Shown here in pieces: positions 1-14,263 of a stretch of DNA of 64,000 bases. The stretch is taken from contig OX597814.1 of NCBI GenBank assembly GCA_951406725.2, forward strand, positions 86,614,001-86,678,000, in the 5' to 3' direction. Under the pieces are notes generated by a model. That model searched no databases, had not been told where the DNA came from, and worked only from the letters and a program-made list of their open reading frames with translations. Both the position numbers and the translations under genes were made by a program. The stretch is from Octopus vulgaris (lineage: Eukaryota). The stretch's first letter is position 1, and each line of letters begins with the position of its first letter.

Positions 1-700
1 TTTTTTTTAAATTCACGTATAGGCGCTTCTTTAGAAGCGCACCTCTCCAAGAAATTGACGCTTACTTGTCAAAAAAGTTACGAAAATGAGAAATATATCC
101 AAAATAGATGAAGTACGCAAAAAATTAGGAAGATTAATCTATTTTTAAATATTTTATACTTAAAAATAAAATACGGAAACGGCCTCTCGCGAATGTAAAC
201 AAGCATGTCAAACGATAACTTACTTTTTTATCAGTCAGATATTAATAATACAATCGTCTGCGAATTGTAAGAAGACCGTTTCACAATCTTTTTCTTGAAA
301 GTTAGTTTGTAACTAATAAATACTATTATGCCAAATTTTGGGCCTGAACGGGAAATATCACATAAAATGGGCGAAGGTAAAGCGAGTGCACATCACCTAA
401 CCCTAACCTGTGTGCGCAGTAAAAAAATCTGATTAAAAACTATCAAGAATTATTGTCCGGGACCCTCGTATCAATAATATCTTTGACATATTTGTTTATA
501 TTTCGCGAGTGCCCTTTTTCCGTATTTTATTTTTTAGTATAAAATATTTAAAAATAGATGAATCTTCCTAATTTTTTGCATACTTCATTTATTTTGGATA
601 TATTCCCCATTTTCATAATTTTTTTTTTTTTAGAAATTAGACGTCATTTTCTTGGAGAGGTGCGCTTCTAAAGAAGCACCCATGTTTATAAAACAAAAAA
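1..700. mobile_element. Foldback/MITE-like element with long imperfect inverted arms (left end may be outside the window)
   Basis: ~1-217 is the reverse complement of ~478-700 (e.g. GCTTCTTTAGAAGCGCACCTCTCCAAGAAA / TTTCTTGGAGAGGTGCGCTTCTAAAGAAGC). Confidence 0.8.
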
Positions 701-1398
701 ACCTGAAAGCACTCTTTTTCTCTTCACAACTGAAACGAACTTCATGTTTATGGCACTAACACCCTTAAAAACGAAACGTTTTCTCCTCCTTTTCGGACCA
801 CTATCGCAGATTGCTGCCATATTTTATCCGATATCACCCAAAAGAATTTTTTAAACTTTAGGGTGTTTGGAAACGATTGATATTCTAACACAGCAAATCG
901 AGGATTTTACTCTGGGTGGCCTAGTTACTGCTTAAAGATGGTCAAGAGAGAATTAGCAAACGTTGTTTGGTTTCAGGTCAGCTCTCCTCAAGTAGATTAT
1001 GATCAATGACGTTCCAGCCGTGACACTTCCACACACTCCCCTTTTTTTTCCAGATCATACATCTAGGACTATATCATCCGATGTAAGACGATAGGATGTG
1101 TTTGAAGGAGATTTTTAGGTTCTAATTCTTGCAGAACCAGCAACTATGTAAAGCAGAGGTTGCCAACTATTTGTGGACCACTGATTTACTGAATATTTTC
1201 ATGGATCACTTGAGCATAAAAGTCGATGAAATTAAATTAAAAAGTTAACCAGTCCAACTGAGCATGAAATTATGCAACATACTGGAAAGCAATTAAAATA
1301 AGCAAATGCATGTACACATGACAAATCCTAATATTAATCCAGAGACCACTTACTAAGAATTACATTACTGACGCAGAATCTCTTTTGTTGTCTCTTAG

Positions 1399-1630
1399 CC
1401 CTTTGCCTACCAGTGTATTACGTGTGATACACTGGGCATATTTCCCAGGCATCCCTATATCTTACATGGTACACATTCCCAATTTTTTCACACACACCAT
1501 AACTTGGGACTTTTGAATGGAAAGCTTTATATCATTCAGAGCATGAAATAAGTGCTAACTAAAAGAAAGTCTGCAAACAAGCATTGATTTTTAGGACAAA
1601 TTTATGAAAACGTTTGAGGTAGGAAAAGGG
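1399..1630. mobile_element. piggyBac-like MITE
   Basis: Termini CCCTTTGCCTACC / GGTAGGAAAAGGG with TTAG / TTAA flanks. Confidence 0.55.
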
Positions 1631-1884
1631 TTAAGCAGATGTTATTGTCAGGAATCTGTTGCAAGTAAATTCATGGACTCAGTGTTTGGCAAATCAACAA
1701 TGCTAATAATAATAGTGGTTTCTAACTTTAGCACAAGGCTATACATGAAAAAAAAAATTGTTTTAATCGGCTCTATTACATGAGTTTTAATTTGATGGCC
1801 TCTGGAGTGTTGGAAGGAAAAGTCAACATTAGCTGGAATGTAAAGAATGTACAACAATAAACTAACAAGGTAGACTAACAAATT

Positions 1885-2309
<425 letters not shown>

Positions 2310-3482
2310 TAATCTAGTTTCTTGTATCTTTAGATGGCTCTAAATTTGTAGGAGAGGTGGTTTTTGACTGACTAGATGCCATTATACTGACAGTCTTAGC
2401 TCATTAACCCTGGAGAGATAATAAAAAAAAATATAGAAAGCTCTGTTGTGAGCTATGTCCACAATATATTGAGACAAATTAAATACTATTGGACATTTGA
2501 CTGGTGATACAATTACTTCATTGCCCTTTTATTTATAATGATTAACAACTTTGATTTGAAGTCATACATGTATAGTATGGAAAGGAATATATTATCTCTA
2601 GCACTTGACTAGTGCTTTAGTTTATATCTTCCAGAAGATGAAAGCCAATCAACCGTGACAGGATTTGAACTTAAAATCATAGAGTTATAACTATATATTG
2701 CCAGGAATTTTATCCACTGGTCAACTGATTTTTGCCAAGTCATTACCATCTTAATAATAATCCTTCCACCTATAGGCACAAGGCCTGAAATTTCAGGAGG
2801 GGGCTAGTTGATTATATTGACCCCAGTGCTCAAGTGGTACTTATTTTATCGAATCCTAAAGGATGAAAGGCAAAGATGACTTTGGCAGCATTTAAATTTA
2901 GGATGTAATGGTTTTAAATTTTGGCACTCATCAATTTTAGGGGTGGGGGTTAAGTCAATTACATTAACACAAAGTTCTCAACTGGTACTTATTTTATTGA
3001 CTTAGAAAGGTTGAAAGGCAAAGTTGACTTTGACAGAATTTGAACTCGGACCATAACATGCCAGAACAAATACTACTAAGCATTTTGTCCAATGCACCAA
3101 TAATTCTGATTTAGGCACAATTCCAGCAATTTTGAGGGGAGGTGGGGTAGATGATAGCATCAAGGTTTTGTTGTTATTAATGCCATGTACATAGAAATAG
3201 ACATATATGTGTGTATTGTAGTATCTAAAGATAGTAAAATAGGGAGGAGACAAAGAAAATTAAGAATATATAAAGTTATGCTGGGAAAAAAGCACAGAAA
3301 TATGAAGCAAAATAATAACAACCAAAGAATATGTACAATGAAGAAAAATATTCCAATTAGAAGAACATGACGTTTTCATACACTTTGATTAAACAAAAGT
3401 AAAAAATTAAGTGAAAATAAATAGGAATGATACCAAATTTATGCCTGTTAACATTTCAGTCTCTCTCTCTCTCTCTATCTAC

Positions 3483-3513
<31 letters not shown>

Positions 3514-3619
3514 GAGGTTAAGTAACTTACCTGAAGCTCTGGCCCTTGAGTCATTTTGTAACTTCTGCCTATTAAATATATCTGAGTGTGTGTGTGTGTG
3601 TGTATTTCTTCAAGTGGTT

Positions 3620-3960
3620 GTAGCCAGGATACATTGCACAAATCCATGCCAGTTATCTCTTCCCACAATAGTTATGATAGATCCTCAGTTTCATGTTGTG
3701 TCTCTCTGCCAGTAACGTCAATGTAACTGAGTGGTCTTTGTTACTTAGGTTGCAGAAGTCTCCGAAACATAACACCCGATACATTGTACTGCTGAGCATA
3801 ATAACAACGACCACCAAAGCCTGCTCTACATTGAGCAAAAATTGTAGAGATGGGTGGAATGTGTCCACAAATTCCCTCTTTGGTCTTGTCTTTGCTCTAT
3901 GAGATGCTTGGTCTATGTTCCATCATGGTAACATTGAAGCTCCTCCTTCATAATCCAGAT
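3620..3960 (-). mobile_element. Degenerate LINE ORF2 C-terminal remnant
   Basis: Minus-strand translation ...GHIPPISTIFAQCRAGFGGRCY...RPLSYIDV resembles the LYG.LPPIS..IR.RRLRFAGHC region of RTE-like LINEs. Confidence 0.5.
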
Positions 3961-5519
3961 TTCTACTCTATAAAGAAGAAAATTCTCAACACATTCTCTG
4001 AAGAATAGCATAATTGACTTTAAAATATTTGATTACTAGATATATTGAAGTGTTGTACAGACACTAAATACATTTGTGTCTACATACAGATACACACACA
4101 AACATATATACATACAAACATTTGCATCTATATGCATGTGCACAGAACATGCACACAAGTATGTTTTTATGCATGCATGTATTGTATAACCATGATGTTC
4201 CAGTATCTGATGAGATGGCTTCCTTTATTTGCATAAATATGTGAACATGCAATTGCACACATTAATGCAAACGCATAATTCCTTGCATACTGAAATTAAT
4301 ACTAGATGAAGAAGGTTGCAAAATGATCTTTATTCTAAAGAAGTTATGTGGTTAAATATATATTCCACTCACAGACTTCCTGATTTTATATAATTATATC
4401 TACTGCATATGTATACTGCATCAGGTTGCTGATGTGTGCTTACTGATAGCATGCAGACTGTACAATGTTCCATAGTTGGGTCATAGTAAAACAAACACCA
4501 AATAAATAAATGGGTGGTAGAACCAAACAACCATGTAGCAATGTCATGTTTTAGAAATTCTGGATTAGTATCTGGCATTCTCTGAGACCACTAGGAGTGG
4601 TGAAACACACCTTAGCATTTATAGAAGCATTCTACATCAGAAATGTAATTGGCTAGACAATTTCCAAATGCTGCTGTGCAGCTTCTTTACTAAAAGGGCC
4701 AAGATCATGGCCATCAACCAGGATCCAGAGCAGCTTGCTATACAATTCCATGGGATCAAACTAACTCTGGTTGACAAGTTCAAGTATCTGGGTTTCATTG
4801 TCGATCAAATATCAGACTTCAGCCAGGAATTCAGCTCTGAAGCCATTTAATACAATATGGAGAGACTGTACCTTCAACAAAGGCATGAAGCTAAATTTTT
4901 TTTAAAACTAATCTCATCAGTAGTGTTGTATGAGTGTGATGCATGGACCCCAGAGGATGGTGGACACCAAGTTCATTTCTGAATATACTGATTGCTCATG
5001 GAAACTTGGCAATCAAAGATTTAACAGTTGACTTTAAAGATCAGATCCACTCCAATCTGTATTGTCCAAAAAATTCAACCAATTGATCTTATTAGAATTA
5101 TCTCCCTTGATTTTAGATTTTGAACTAGATTTGGATAACAAAGTTTTTCAATTAACTATGACGCCTGAGATTTTGTGTGCAAAATATTCCCTTGAGGTAT
5201 TTTTCTTGTCAATCTTGTAATATTTATAACAAGCACACCATATTCCATTTATTCCTGAATATCTTGATCATTCTTATCTTGCCGAATGAACAGAGCATAC
5301 TTTATTGAGGAGGTTTAATAAGATGGAAATATGTCTTGCTCTCACTAGTTAGCTTTAAAGACATAATCCATTCTAATCTGCATTGTCTACATTGTCCAAA
5401 ACTTTACATTGACTGATCATATTAGAGTTATCTCTCGTTTGTTTGTTTTTTGTTTTTAAATTTCCTTTCTACTTATCTCTTGGATTATCTCGATTGAAAA
5501 TTTTGCAATACAATATACC

Positions 5520-5742
5520 AGCAGTCCCCAACAGTCCTTGCACCACGGACCAGTTTCATGCAAAACAATTTTCCCAAGGACTAGGGGATTACGCTTATTA
5601 CAAAACACAAAGTGTATAATAAATAATTTAATTATTACATATATAATGCATAGTTAATAAACTAGAAATATCATTTTAAAATTTAGTTTCTATGTGGCCT
5701 GGTACCAAATGAGTTACGGCTTGGTGATTGGGGACCCCGACA
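5520..5742. mobile_element. hAT-like MITE
   Basis: CAGCAGTCCCCAAC ... GATTGGGGACCCCG termini; related copy at ~10891-11682. Confidence 0.6.
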
Positions 5743-6012
5743 CTATACTACCTATATGAGAACCTACCGTGTCTTACATTTAATGTGCAGAACGTTCCCG
5801 TGAGGTACTTTTCCTCAGCTATATCATGGAATCGGGTTGCTTTTGAAGGACTGAAGAAAATTAGTAGAGCTCCACCCAAAAGTCTTGCAATATTTTGTTA
5901 CGTCCCTTTACGTTGTGAGATCAAATCCCACTCGGGTCGATTTTGTCCTTCATACTTTCGTGTTAGATAAAGCAAATAAAGTACCAGTTTAAGTATTGGG
6001 GTCAATATAATC

Positions 6013-6087
6013 GGTACTACTTAAGAAGATGGACCCAACGCGCGTACCGCACCCGCGATAAAGAAAAAAACCTTCTTAAATAGTACC
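6013..6087. mobile_element. 75-bp hairpin MITE with 8-bp TSD
   Basis: TIRs GGTACTACTTAAGAAG / CTTCTTAAATAGTACC; ATATAATC duplicated at 6005-6012 and 6088-6095. Confidence 0.8.
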
Positions 6088-8501
6088 ATATAATCTAGTA
6101 TACGCCTTCCAGAAAATCGGTGACCTTGTGTCAATGTTAAAAATTAATGCCATTTATCAGATACACCTTTAAGCAGGTACAGGTGAAGCCTCAGCCTCAT
6201 ATCTATCAATAAATGCTTATACGTGTACGTCTGTTTGCACGGCCCAAGCCGTATACACAGGGTAAAAGGAAATGATTCTTTAACACTACTGATTGACCAA
6301 TTTTCGAAATATATTATCCATTATTAATATCCGACTGACACTGTCATCCTCCTTATCGCCACTACCATCACCAACAATAACAATAACGTATTCGTTGCTA
6401 ATATTGTCATCATGATCACATCGGCAATGTCGATTTGTTTCGACGATAACTGAATCATAATCAATTCATGACCAGTACTCTATTTTATTGATATAGAAAA
6501 TGAATTCAGTCCGGATTTTAATTTTTTTAAAAAGAGAGAGAGAGACCTATTGAAAATCCCGTGAAACATCTAAGCTCATTATCCTTTCTGCCAACTCACC
6601 ATCATACCATTACTAGTGCTACTACTGTTACAGTATCAACGACATCTGTCACCGAACTTAGTGACCAGCCACGAGAGGAAACGGCTGCCGAGACGCCATT
6701 AATAAAAGAAAAAGAAAAATTCAGTCAAAACAAACTTGATAACAAACGTCATAATACGTCATAGTTGAGGCCACGCCTACCTTCTCCTCCCACTCTGTAG
6801 CAACACGCAGGAATTGCGATTACGCATGCAGTGTAAGGAGACGTGGGAGAAAAGATGCAGTATACAGTTGACAATATATTAAACCACTTAAACACTCAAT
6901 TAGAACAAACATGCGCATACTCTAAAATACACACACATATTCCGCTGCTTTTGACACATTTCTCTTATTTATCAGCATAACTTGCCATACTACGTAAACC
7001 TGATTAGAGGGGAAGTCAGTGAATAGTGTAACGCTAAATAAATAGATCAACGCGCATATATACACATGAACAAATTAAATGCTTCATGGGCACTTGTGAT
7101 ACTTATTTGTAGCGAGAAGAGGGTGAGTCGATTGAATTGGGCTCCCAAATCTATGAACGCGTAAAAGGTTGAAAGGTCAACTCTAGCATAGTCCCGTATC
7201 CTGTCGAACTTACCAAAAGCATGCCATCAATGACCATCTGGTCTGTTATTTGTTTATTATTTTTAGGGATGTATTCTGCATTACATTAGCCGATATGTCC
7301 TTTTTAAAGATTGGTCATGTGTGACTTTGAAGTCTATTTGACTGCTGTTTCAAGTGGGTCGAGCAACTGTACAGAGGTTCCCTCGTTAACATGAACTTCA
7401 TGTTATTGTTTAGCCTTGGATCACCTCTCGAGCAGACATGTGATCAAAGTTATTCCAGTCTTGACAATCTCATCATTTTGTATGTCTCGGTTTACATTAT
7501 CCGATGTGTCTCTTTTCCCTTTAAGACAGTAATGTGGCGGGGGGGTGGGGTGCTATAAAGATTAACGGAACGAGAATGGGTAAAATGTTTTGCTGCTGTG
7601 GGGAAAGCAGTTTCACCGACGTGACACTCCTTCGACTTTCAAACCTTAATTAAATTAGAGTTAGCTTATTTACTATAGGAAAGTATTTTAAAAGCCAACT
7701 TAAAATAATTATGACCTGAGGGGGTGGGGGACAATTTTACTTATTGATTGGCTACCGTGTATTTTTATTTTTAGGTAAGTCCTGGAGACAGCTCTGAATA
7801 TATTTGTGCATTTTTGACCTCGTTACTGTACTTTGCAAAATAAGTGTAAAAGCTTGTATATAGGTTAGTGTACGAAAATAAAATTGTTTAGAGACACCAA
7901 CTGCAAGTAAAACTATAGTGAAGTCACTTTTAACATTTAATGATTGAAACATTTAAACACCAACTACATATATTTTAAACTTTTAATAGGCTTTAACAGA
8001 GAATTGAAATCAAGTTGCAGATTTGGCATGGAGAAAGATCACTGCTTGTTCAAATGCACTCAGCTCCACACACAATGTCTTTCCTAACACCAACCACTTT
8101 CCAAAGTGAACAGGATGCTTTTTATGTGGAACCAGTGCCAGTGAGGTTATCAAATAACGCGCAAGGCAAAGATTTTGAGATGTGGTATTGAAGGAGGTGG
8201 CTTTATGCCAGGTGATAAGAGGTTAGAATATGACAAAGGGACAGAAACCGGTATCTTGCTGCATAGGAAATACTTGGGTATCCCAGATGGAGGGAGAGAG
8301 CGAGAGAGAGATGATGGCAATGTGCCAAGGTATACTCTCAAGGTACAGGGATGTGAATATAAATGGAATGGTAGAGGATTGTCTAGGGTACATGAGTAGA
8401 AAGTTCACAAGAATGTGAAAATAGGTGTATATATATATGTATATAAATGTTTTTCTTTTGATAAATATATATATATATGTGCCTATATATATATATATAT
8501 A

Positions 8502-8663
8502 GGCACAGGAATGGCTGTGTGGTAAGAAGCTTACTTCCCAGTCACATAGTTCAGGATTCAATCCAACTACATGGCACCTTGTGGAAATGTCTTCTGTTAT
8601 AGCCTTGGGATGACCAAAACCTTGTCAGTGGATTTGGTAAACAGAAACTGAAAGAAGCCCCTC

Positions 8664-8697
<34 letters not shown>

Positions 8698-9250
8698 ACA
8701 TTTGTCCCCCACCACTGCTTGACAACTGGTGTTGATGTGTTTGCATCTCTGTAACTTGGTGATTTGGCAAAAGAGACTGATAGAATAAGTACCAGGCTTT
8801 AAAAATAAGTAAATTCAAGGTGGTGCCCCAGCATAGCCATAATCTAATGACTGAAACAGGTAAACGGTGTGTATATATATATATATATATATGCACGGTA
8901 TGGCTGTGTAGTAAGAAGCTTGCTTTCCAACCACATGGCTCCTTTGGTAAGTGTTTTCTACGAAAGCTTTGTGTCTTCTGGCCAAAGCTTTGTGAGTGGA
9001 TTTAGTAGATGGAAACTGAAAGAAGTCCATTATGTATATATTTATGCATCTCTGTCTATGTTTGACTTGGCAACTGATGTTGGTGTGTTTACATCCCTGT
9101 AAATTAGCATTTCAGCAAAAGAGACCAATAGAAGTACTAGGCTTGCAAAAAGTCCTGGAGTTGATTTCTTCAACTAAAAAAAAAAAAAATGGAGGGTGGT
9201 ACTCCAGCATGGCTGCAGTCAAATGACTGAAATAAGTAAAAATAAAAGAA
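8502..9250 (+). mobile_element. Two tandem copies of the bipartite SINE
   Basis: Heads GGCACAGGAATGGCTGTGTGGTAAG (8502) and GCACGGTATGGCTGTGTAGTAAG (8893); tails ...ATGACTGAAA. Confidence 0.85.
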
Positions 9251-9379
9251 TATTTAGTGACTGCACGGTGTCAGGTAGAACTGAAATGTCATTAGGAAGA
9301 AGTGCATACAAAATGATAAAGATATATTTACCATTGCTGTTGATGACAAAAGAGAAGTATAGAAGTGTTAGTATAAGAG

Positions 9380-10880
9380 GTTGTTGAATGAGGAGCATAC
9401 TTGGGATGAAGAGGAACTGCTTCATGTTGATAAAGCGAGGAACCAGTATAATCAACAATGTGGTAGAGAAAACGACAACACAAATGTAGGAGAAGCTAGT
9501 GGCCCAGCAGAAATAGTTACTGAGATGCTCAAAATATCTGGCAAAGTAAGATACATGATAGTCACCTGAACACTTAATCAAGTAACCCAAGAATGTGTGA
9601 CGTCCAATGAATTGTGTAGTAGTAGTAGTATTGTTGTAAACTGCTATAAGGGCAGAGGAGATGGTTTATGGAGTGGAAATTATAGAGGCATCATATAGTT
9701 GGACTAGGCTATGAAGATCACAATCACGAATTGAGTGATTAATTCAATGACATGCAGCTAGGTTTTAGACCTAGAAGAGGTCCCACAGGTGTAATCTTCT
9801 TACTGAGACAACTGTAGGAGAACTTAGCTAAGAACAAACCACAATACCTGGTATTTATTGACTGGGAGAAAACCTTTGATAGGTTACCATGCTCTGTTAT
9901 CTGGTGGTCTCTAAAGAAACTAGCTGTAAATCAATAGCTTGTGAGAACTCTTCCAGCTATGTACATAGGTACAGTTATTAAAGTGAAAGGTATCAATGAG
10001 TTCAGAGATGAATTTAGAATGAAGATAGGTGTCTAAGGTTCAGTCCTCAAACCATGCCTCTTCATTATAATCTTTACAGTCCATCACAGAGGAGTGTATG
10101 ACTAGCTGTCTTTAGGAACTCCTATATGCTGATGATCTGGATTTTATAGCTGAATCTATCTTTAGCAGTATTCATCTTCATCATCATTTAACATTCACAT
10201 TTCCATGCTTGCATGAGTCAGATGGAATTTGTTGAAGCAGATTTTCTCTGACTGAATGCCCTTCGTGTCACCAACATTCACCGGTATTCCATTGATTAGC
10301 GAGGACATTCCAGACAATGAAGCAAAACCTAAAATTGAAGGGCCTCAAGATAAACTTAGCAAAGATTAAGATGTTTAGTATATAAGAAAGAAGACAGGAC
10401 TTCAACATTATCAGGGAAACTCACTTGCTTGACATGCAGAGAAGGAAGTGGTAGGAACTCCATATGCTGCATACAGCATAAGCTATGTTTACATAAGAGG
10501 TGTTGTGAAATTTCAGGAAGGCTAACAGTGAAGACAAGTTTTGTATGTGGCAGATGCAAAGGTAAGAAAGAAATGAAGCAAACAGGCTCTGATGAATATG
10601 TAATGTAAATGTGCATTACACCAGAATGTGCATAAGCTGTAAGAGAAAACAGATATAAGAGGAATTAGGTATTACTGTGAAGAGAGAAAACTGTACTGAT
10701 GTGAGTATGTAATGTATATGAAAGATGACAGCTGTATGTCATGTCTATTGCTCAAAGTAAATGAAACCTTTTGAAGGGCAAGACCAAGGAAAACTCAAGA
10801 GAAAGCACAGAAACCTGATTTAAAGTTATTACTCATCATGGAGAAGATAACAAAGGACTAAACTTATCGGTGATATGCAA
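9380..10880 (+). mobile_element. Degenerate RTE-clade LINE (RT region), interrupted
   Basis: GEASGPAEIVTEMLKISG, NCYKGRGD..GNYRGI, FIDWEKTFDRLPCSVIWWSL, ELLYADDL motifs with stops and frameshifts. Confidence 0.85.
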
Positions 10881-11012
10881 TGCTGTAGAACAGCGGTTCT
10901 AACCTGTTTTTGCCTCAAAGGGTCAGTTTTGTGTAAAGCAATTTTTCCATGACCCATGGACCATGTGCATAACAAAACACAAAGTGCAGAATATATAATT
11001 TAATTATGTACA

Positions 11013-11568
11013 CAGGGTGTTCAAAAACTCTCTCTGCAGTGAATTGTTTGAAGATACCATCAACACTGAGAGATATTGCTCAAATATTGTCTATCCAATT
11101 GTAGGCCAATTCACTGAAAATGAAATTAATAATACATAATTTCAGCAAGATGGAGCTACAGCACATACTTCGCACATCACAATGGTGCTACTTTAAGAGT
11201 TTTTCAAAGAATGGATTATTTTGAAGGGACTTTAGCCACATGATTTAACACTACCAGACTTTTTTACCTGGGGAGCAAATAAAGGATCAACGTACAAGAA
11301 TCGCCTAGAAACCATTAATGAACTAAAAGATGCAATCCTAGCCTTCACATGGTCCATACCACGTCAGACTCTCCAAGATGTATTTCAAAACGTGTTGAAA
11401 AGTCAACTTATGTATTGAAAATGAAGGACAACACTTTTAACACCTCTTATAAAGTTTTTTAAAGTCTTGTAATGTCTAATATATTCTTTTGTAGTATAAG
11501 ACTAAAAATGAATAAATATTTATTTTGCAATAAAATACTTATTGTGGAGAGACTTTTTGAACACCCTG
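11013..11568 (+). mobile_element. Internally deleted Tc1/mariner element nested in a hAT-like MITE
   Basis: TIRs CAGGGTGTTCAAAAACTCTCTC / GAGAGACTTTTTGAACACCCTG-TA; FQQDGATAHTS and DLTLPDFF..WG motifs. Confidence 0.85.
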
Positions 11569-12893
11569 TATAATAGATATATAATGCAAAGAGTGATAAA
11601 ACAGAAATAAATTGTTTTAATTTATTCTTTCTGTGCAGCCTCTTACCAAAGGATCTGTGGCCTGGTGGTTGGGAATCTTCACTATAGAAGATCTAACCAA
11701 TGGCAAAAACATACCTTAACACAAGGATATTGTTTAGAAGCTGAAATATTTTATACCCTGCTAATCCAACAATCTGCTGACCTCCTCACTCTGCACACTG
11801 TCACCAACTTTTCTTCTACCTATTCCTCACCCTTCTCATAGACCCTGTCTCTAATATATCTCCCTACCACCTATATTGAGCACATCATCATCAATACTTT
11901 TCCTCACCCTGGTCCCTTCAACCTTCATAGGCCTATGTACGAGAGACTTCATCAAACCACTGTCAGCTCTCTACCCAATGCACTTTAACTTCATTCTATA
12001 CCACAAACCAGTACAATTTCTCTCTAGGCCATTTCTGTTCTCTTGACACCCTTGATCTTCATAGGCCTACCATAACAGACTGCATCGAACTGCACCCAAT
12101 ATACCATAGCTTTATCATTGTATTATCCCAATATTCACTCTCTCCCTTTCTAGGTCATATCTGTTGCCACACATCACTTATTCTTTGCTCTTATCATATA
12201 GATTCCTGCTCTTCCCATCCACTCATTCTGGTTTATTCTGATGTTATTGATGTCGTTCCTAATCACCCACTTAGTCTCCTGAGCAAATTTCCAGGAATTT
12301 ATGTACTGTCTTTGCTTACAATCATGGTCTTGTCACCTATTTCTGACTGAGTAGCTGTCAGCACTCTCTCTTGCATTCTGTTGTCTTCCTCAGACCACAA
12401 ATCTTAAGTTATTGAGTACTCTCTACATTTCCTGTGTACAAGGCAACTTTTCCCACCCCCTATGCAGGTGCATGATGAAGGACCACCAAATCATGAAATC
12501 GTGCAATCCACAGAAAGAGACTAGAGAATGTGGTAACCTCTATAGTTTTATTATCATGAAAAATATACAATGTACATAATGAAGAACTGTTAGCAATAGG
12601 AATGTCATCCAGCCTTAGCAAGTAAAATGACATGTGAGCACCTTTCTATAGGAGCAGCATCCTCTAGTAGCACTGATTTGGATTGTGATGTCCAATCCAA
12701 CTTATGCTGGCATGGAATAGCAGATGTAAAATGATGATTATGTACATATATATATATGTGTGTGTGTTAGGTGGTTGGTCTTAGGAAGGACATCCAGCTG
12801 TAAAAACCATGCCAAAACAGACACACAAGTCTGGTGCAGGCTCCTGTCTGTCAAAACATCCAAACCATGCCAATGATGAGGATATATATATTC

Positions 12894-13035
12894 TATTTCT
12901 GATGATGGAACAGATTGCTGCTATATCTCATTTTGCCTCTGATGAGGCAATATATCATTGATATATAGATAGCTACCACTTTTTTTGCACAACATGCACC
13001 ATTTTTGTATCTGTTCTTGAAACAGCTGTAAGAGA
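12894..13035 (+). ncRNA. Hammerhead-like motif with long stem II insertion
   Basis: CUGAUGA (12899) + UGGAACAGAU...AUCUGUUCUU (9 bp after a U.U) + GAAAC-AGCU-GUA (13019-13030); imperfect stem I (UAUUU/AGAGA); starts beside a TA run. Confidence 0.6.
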
Positions 13036-13638
13036 CTTTCTGCACTCCTTATTACTTTCTTCCTTCTTATGATCTATACTCATGTTTAAAAATATAAATG
13101 ACATAATCTAACCTGATGCCAGTTGTTTTGCCTGATCATACTTGTATCCTATTATGCATTAAGGCACATGGCTCAGTGGTTAGAGTATCGGGATCACAAT
13201 CATGGACCAGCTGTGTGCTGTGTTCTTGAGCAAGACACTTTATTTCACATTGCTCCAGTTCACTCAGCTGTAGAAATGAGTTGTGATGTCACTGGTGCCA
13301 AGCTATACTGGCTTTTGCCTTTCCTTTGGATAACATTGGTGGTGTGGAGAGGGAAGACTGGTATTCATGAGTGAGTGTTGGTCTTCTATAAACAACCTTA
13401 CCCGGAATTGCCTCAGAGGGGAACTTTTTAGGTGCAATCCCATGGTCATTCATGACTGAAGGAGGTGTTTACCCTATTTGCTTAATTGATAAACTGTGTA
13501 TAACCAATCATTATGCAGTCCTAACATCTCTGCTTTTAGTTGCTGTTAAAGTTGGAGTTTTAGACAATAAGTCAATGTTGAGCACTAATTGTATATACCC
13601 ATTACTTTATGTCATCAGACATATTATTTAAACTATAT

Positions 13639-13678
<40 letters not shown>

Positions 13679-13960
13679 ATTAATTAATAAGGGTGAGAGA
13701 ATTAGATACTAATTTAATAGTATATTTATTCCACACCAAGTGGCCTAGTGCTACGAGAAACCTGGATTATTATAATATTTTATAACATATTATAATATTT
13801 TTACAAAATAAATATAAGAGAGTGGTCACTATATTGCTCACTCTAGCACCAGTTAATCCAAAGGTTTCAACCACGAAAATACATGTTTCCCATGAAAGCC
13901 AGTACGACTGTTAGCTCACACGGACAGGGCAAATAAAAAATAACAAAAATACAGATTATT

Positions 13961-14036
13961 TTGGGACAATTGTTTCGCTATTAATGAATTAAATGTAATA
14001 TTACTTACAAAAATCCATTTGTAGCTCGTCAGCCAA
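13961..14036 (-). ncRNA. Type I hammerhead ribozyme motif (inverted copy)
   Basis: Exact reverse complement of 14188..14263 in the left arm of the palindrome. Confidence 0.82.
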
Positions 14037-14187
14037 GACTATCTGGATGAAATCCACTCAATCACACGCCAGATTTTACCATAACGATAAATACGCGTGT
14101 GGTTCAATTGATTACATCCGACGTTATAATTCATTATCGTTATGGTAAAATCTGGCGTGTGATTGAGTGGATTTCATCCAGATAGTC

Positions 14188-14263
14188 TTGGCTGACGAGC
14201 TACAAATGGATTTTTGTAAGTAATATTACATTTAATTCATTAATAGCGAAACAATTGTCCCAA
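14188..14263 (+). ncRNA. Type I hammerhead ribozyme motif (PLE-type, palindromic stem III loop)
   Basis: UUGG-CUGACGA-GCUA...UAGC-GAAA-C(AAUU)G-UC-CCAA: intact core, 4-bp stem I, 4-bp stem II base, GUC cleavage triplet at 14257-14259. Confidence 0.82.

Noticed and set aside
396-408. Telomere-like CCTAACCCTAACC
   Set aside because: Only two units, internal to a foldback element; not a telomere
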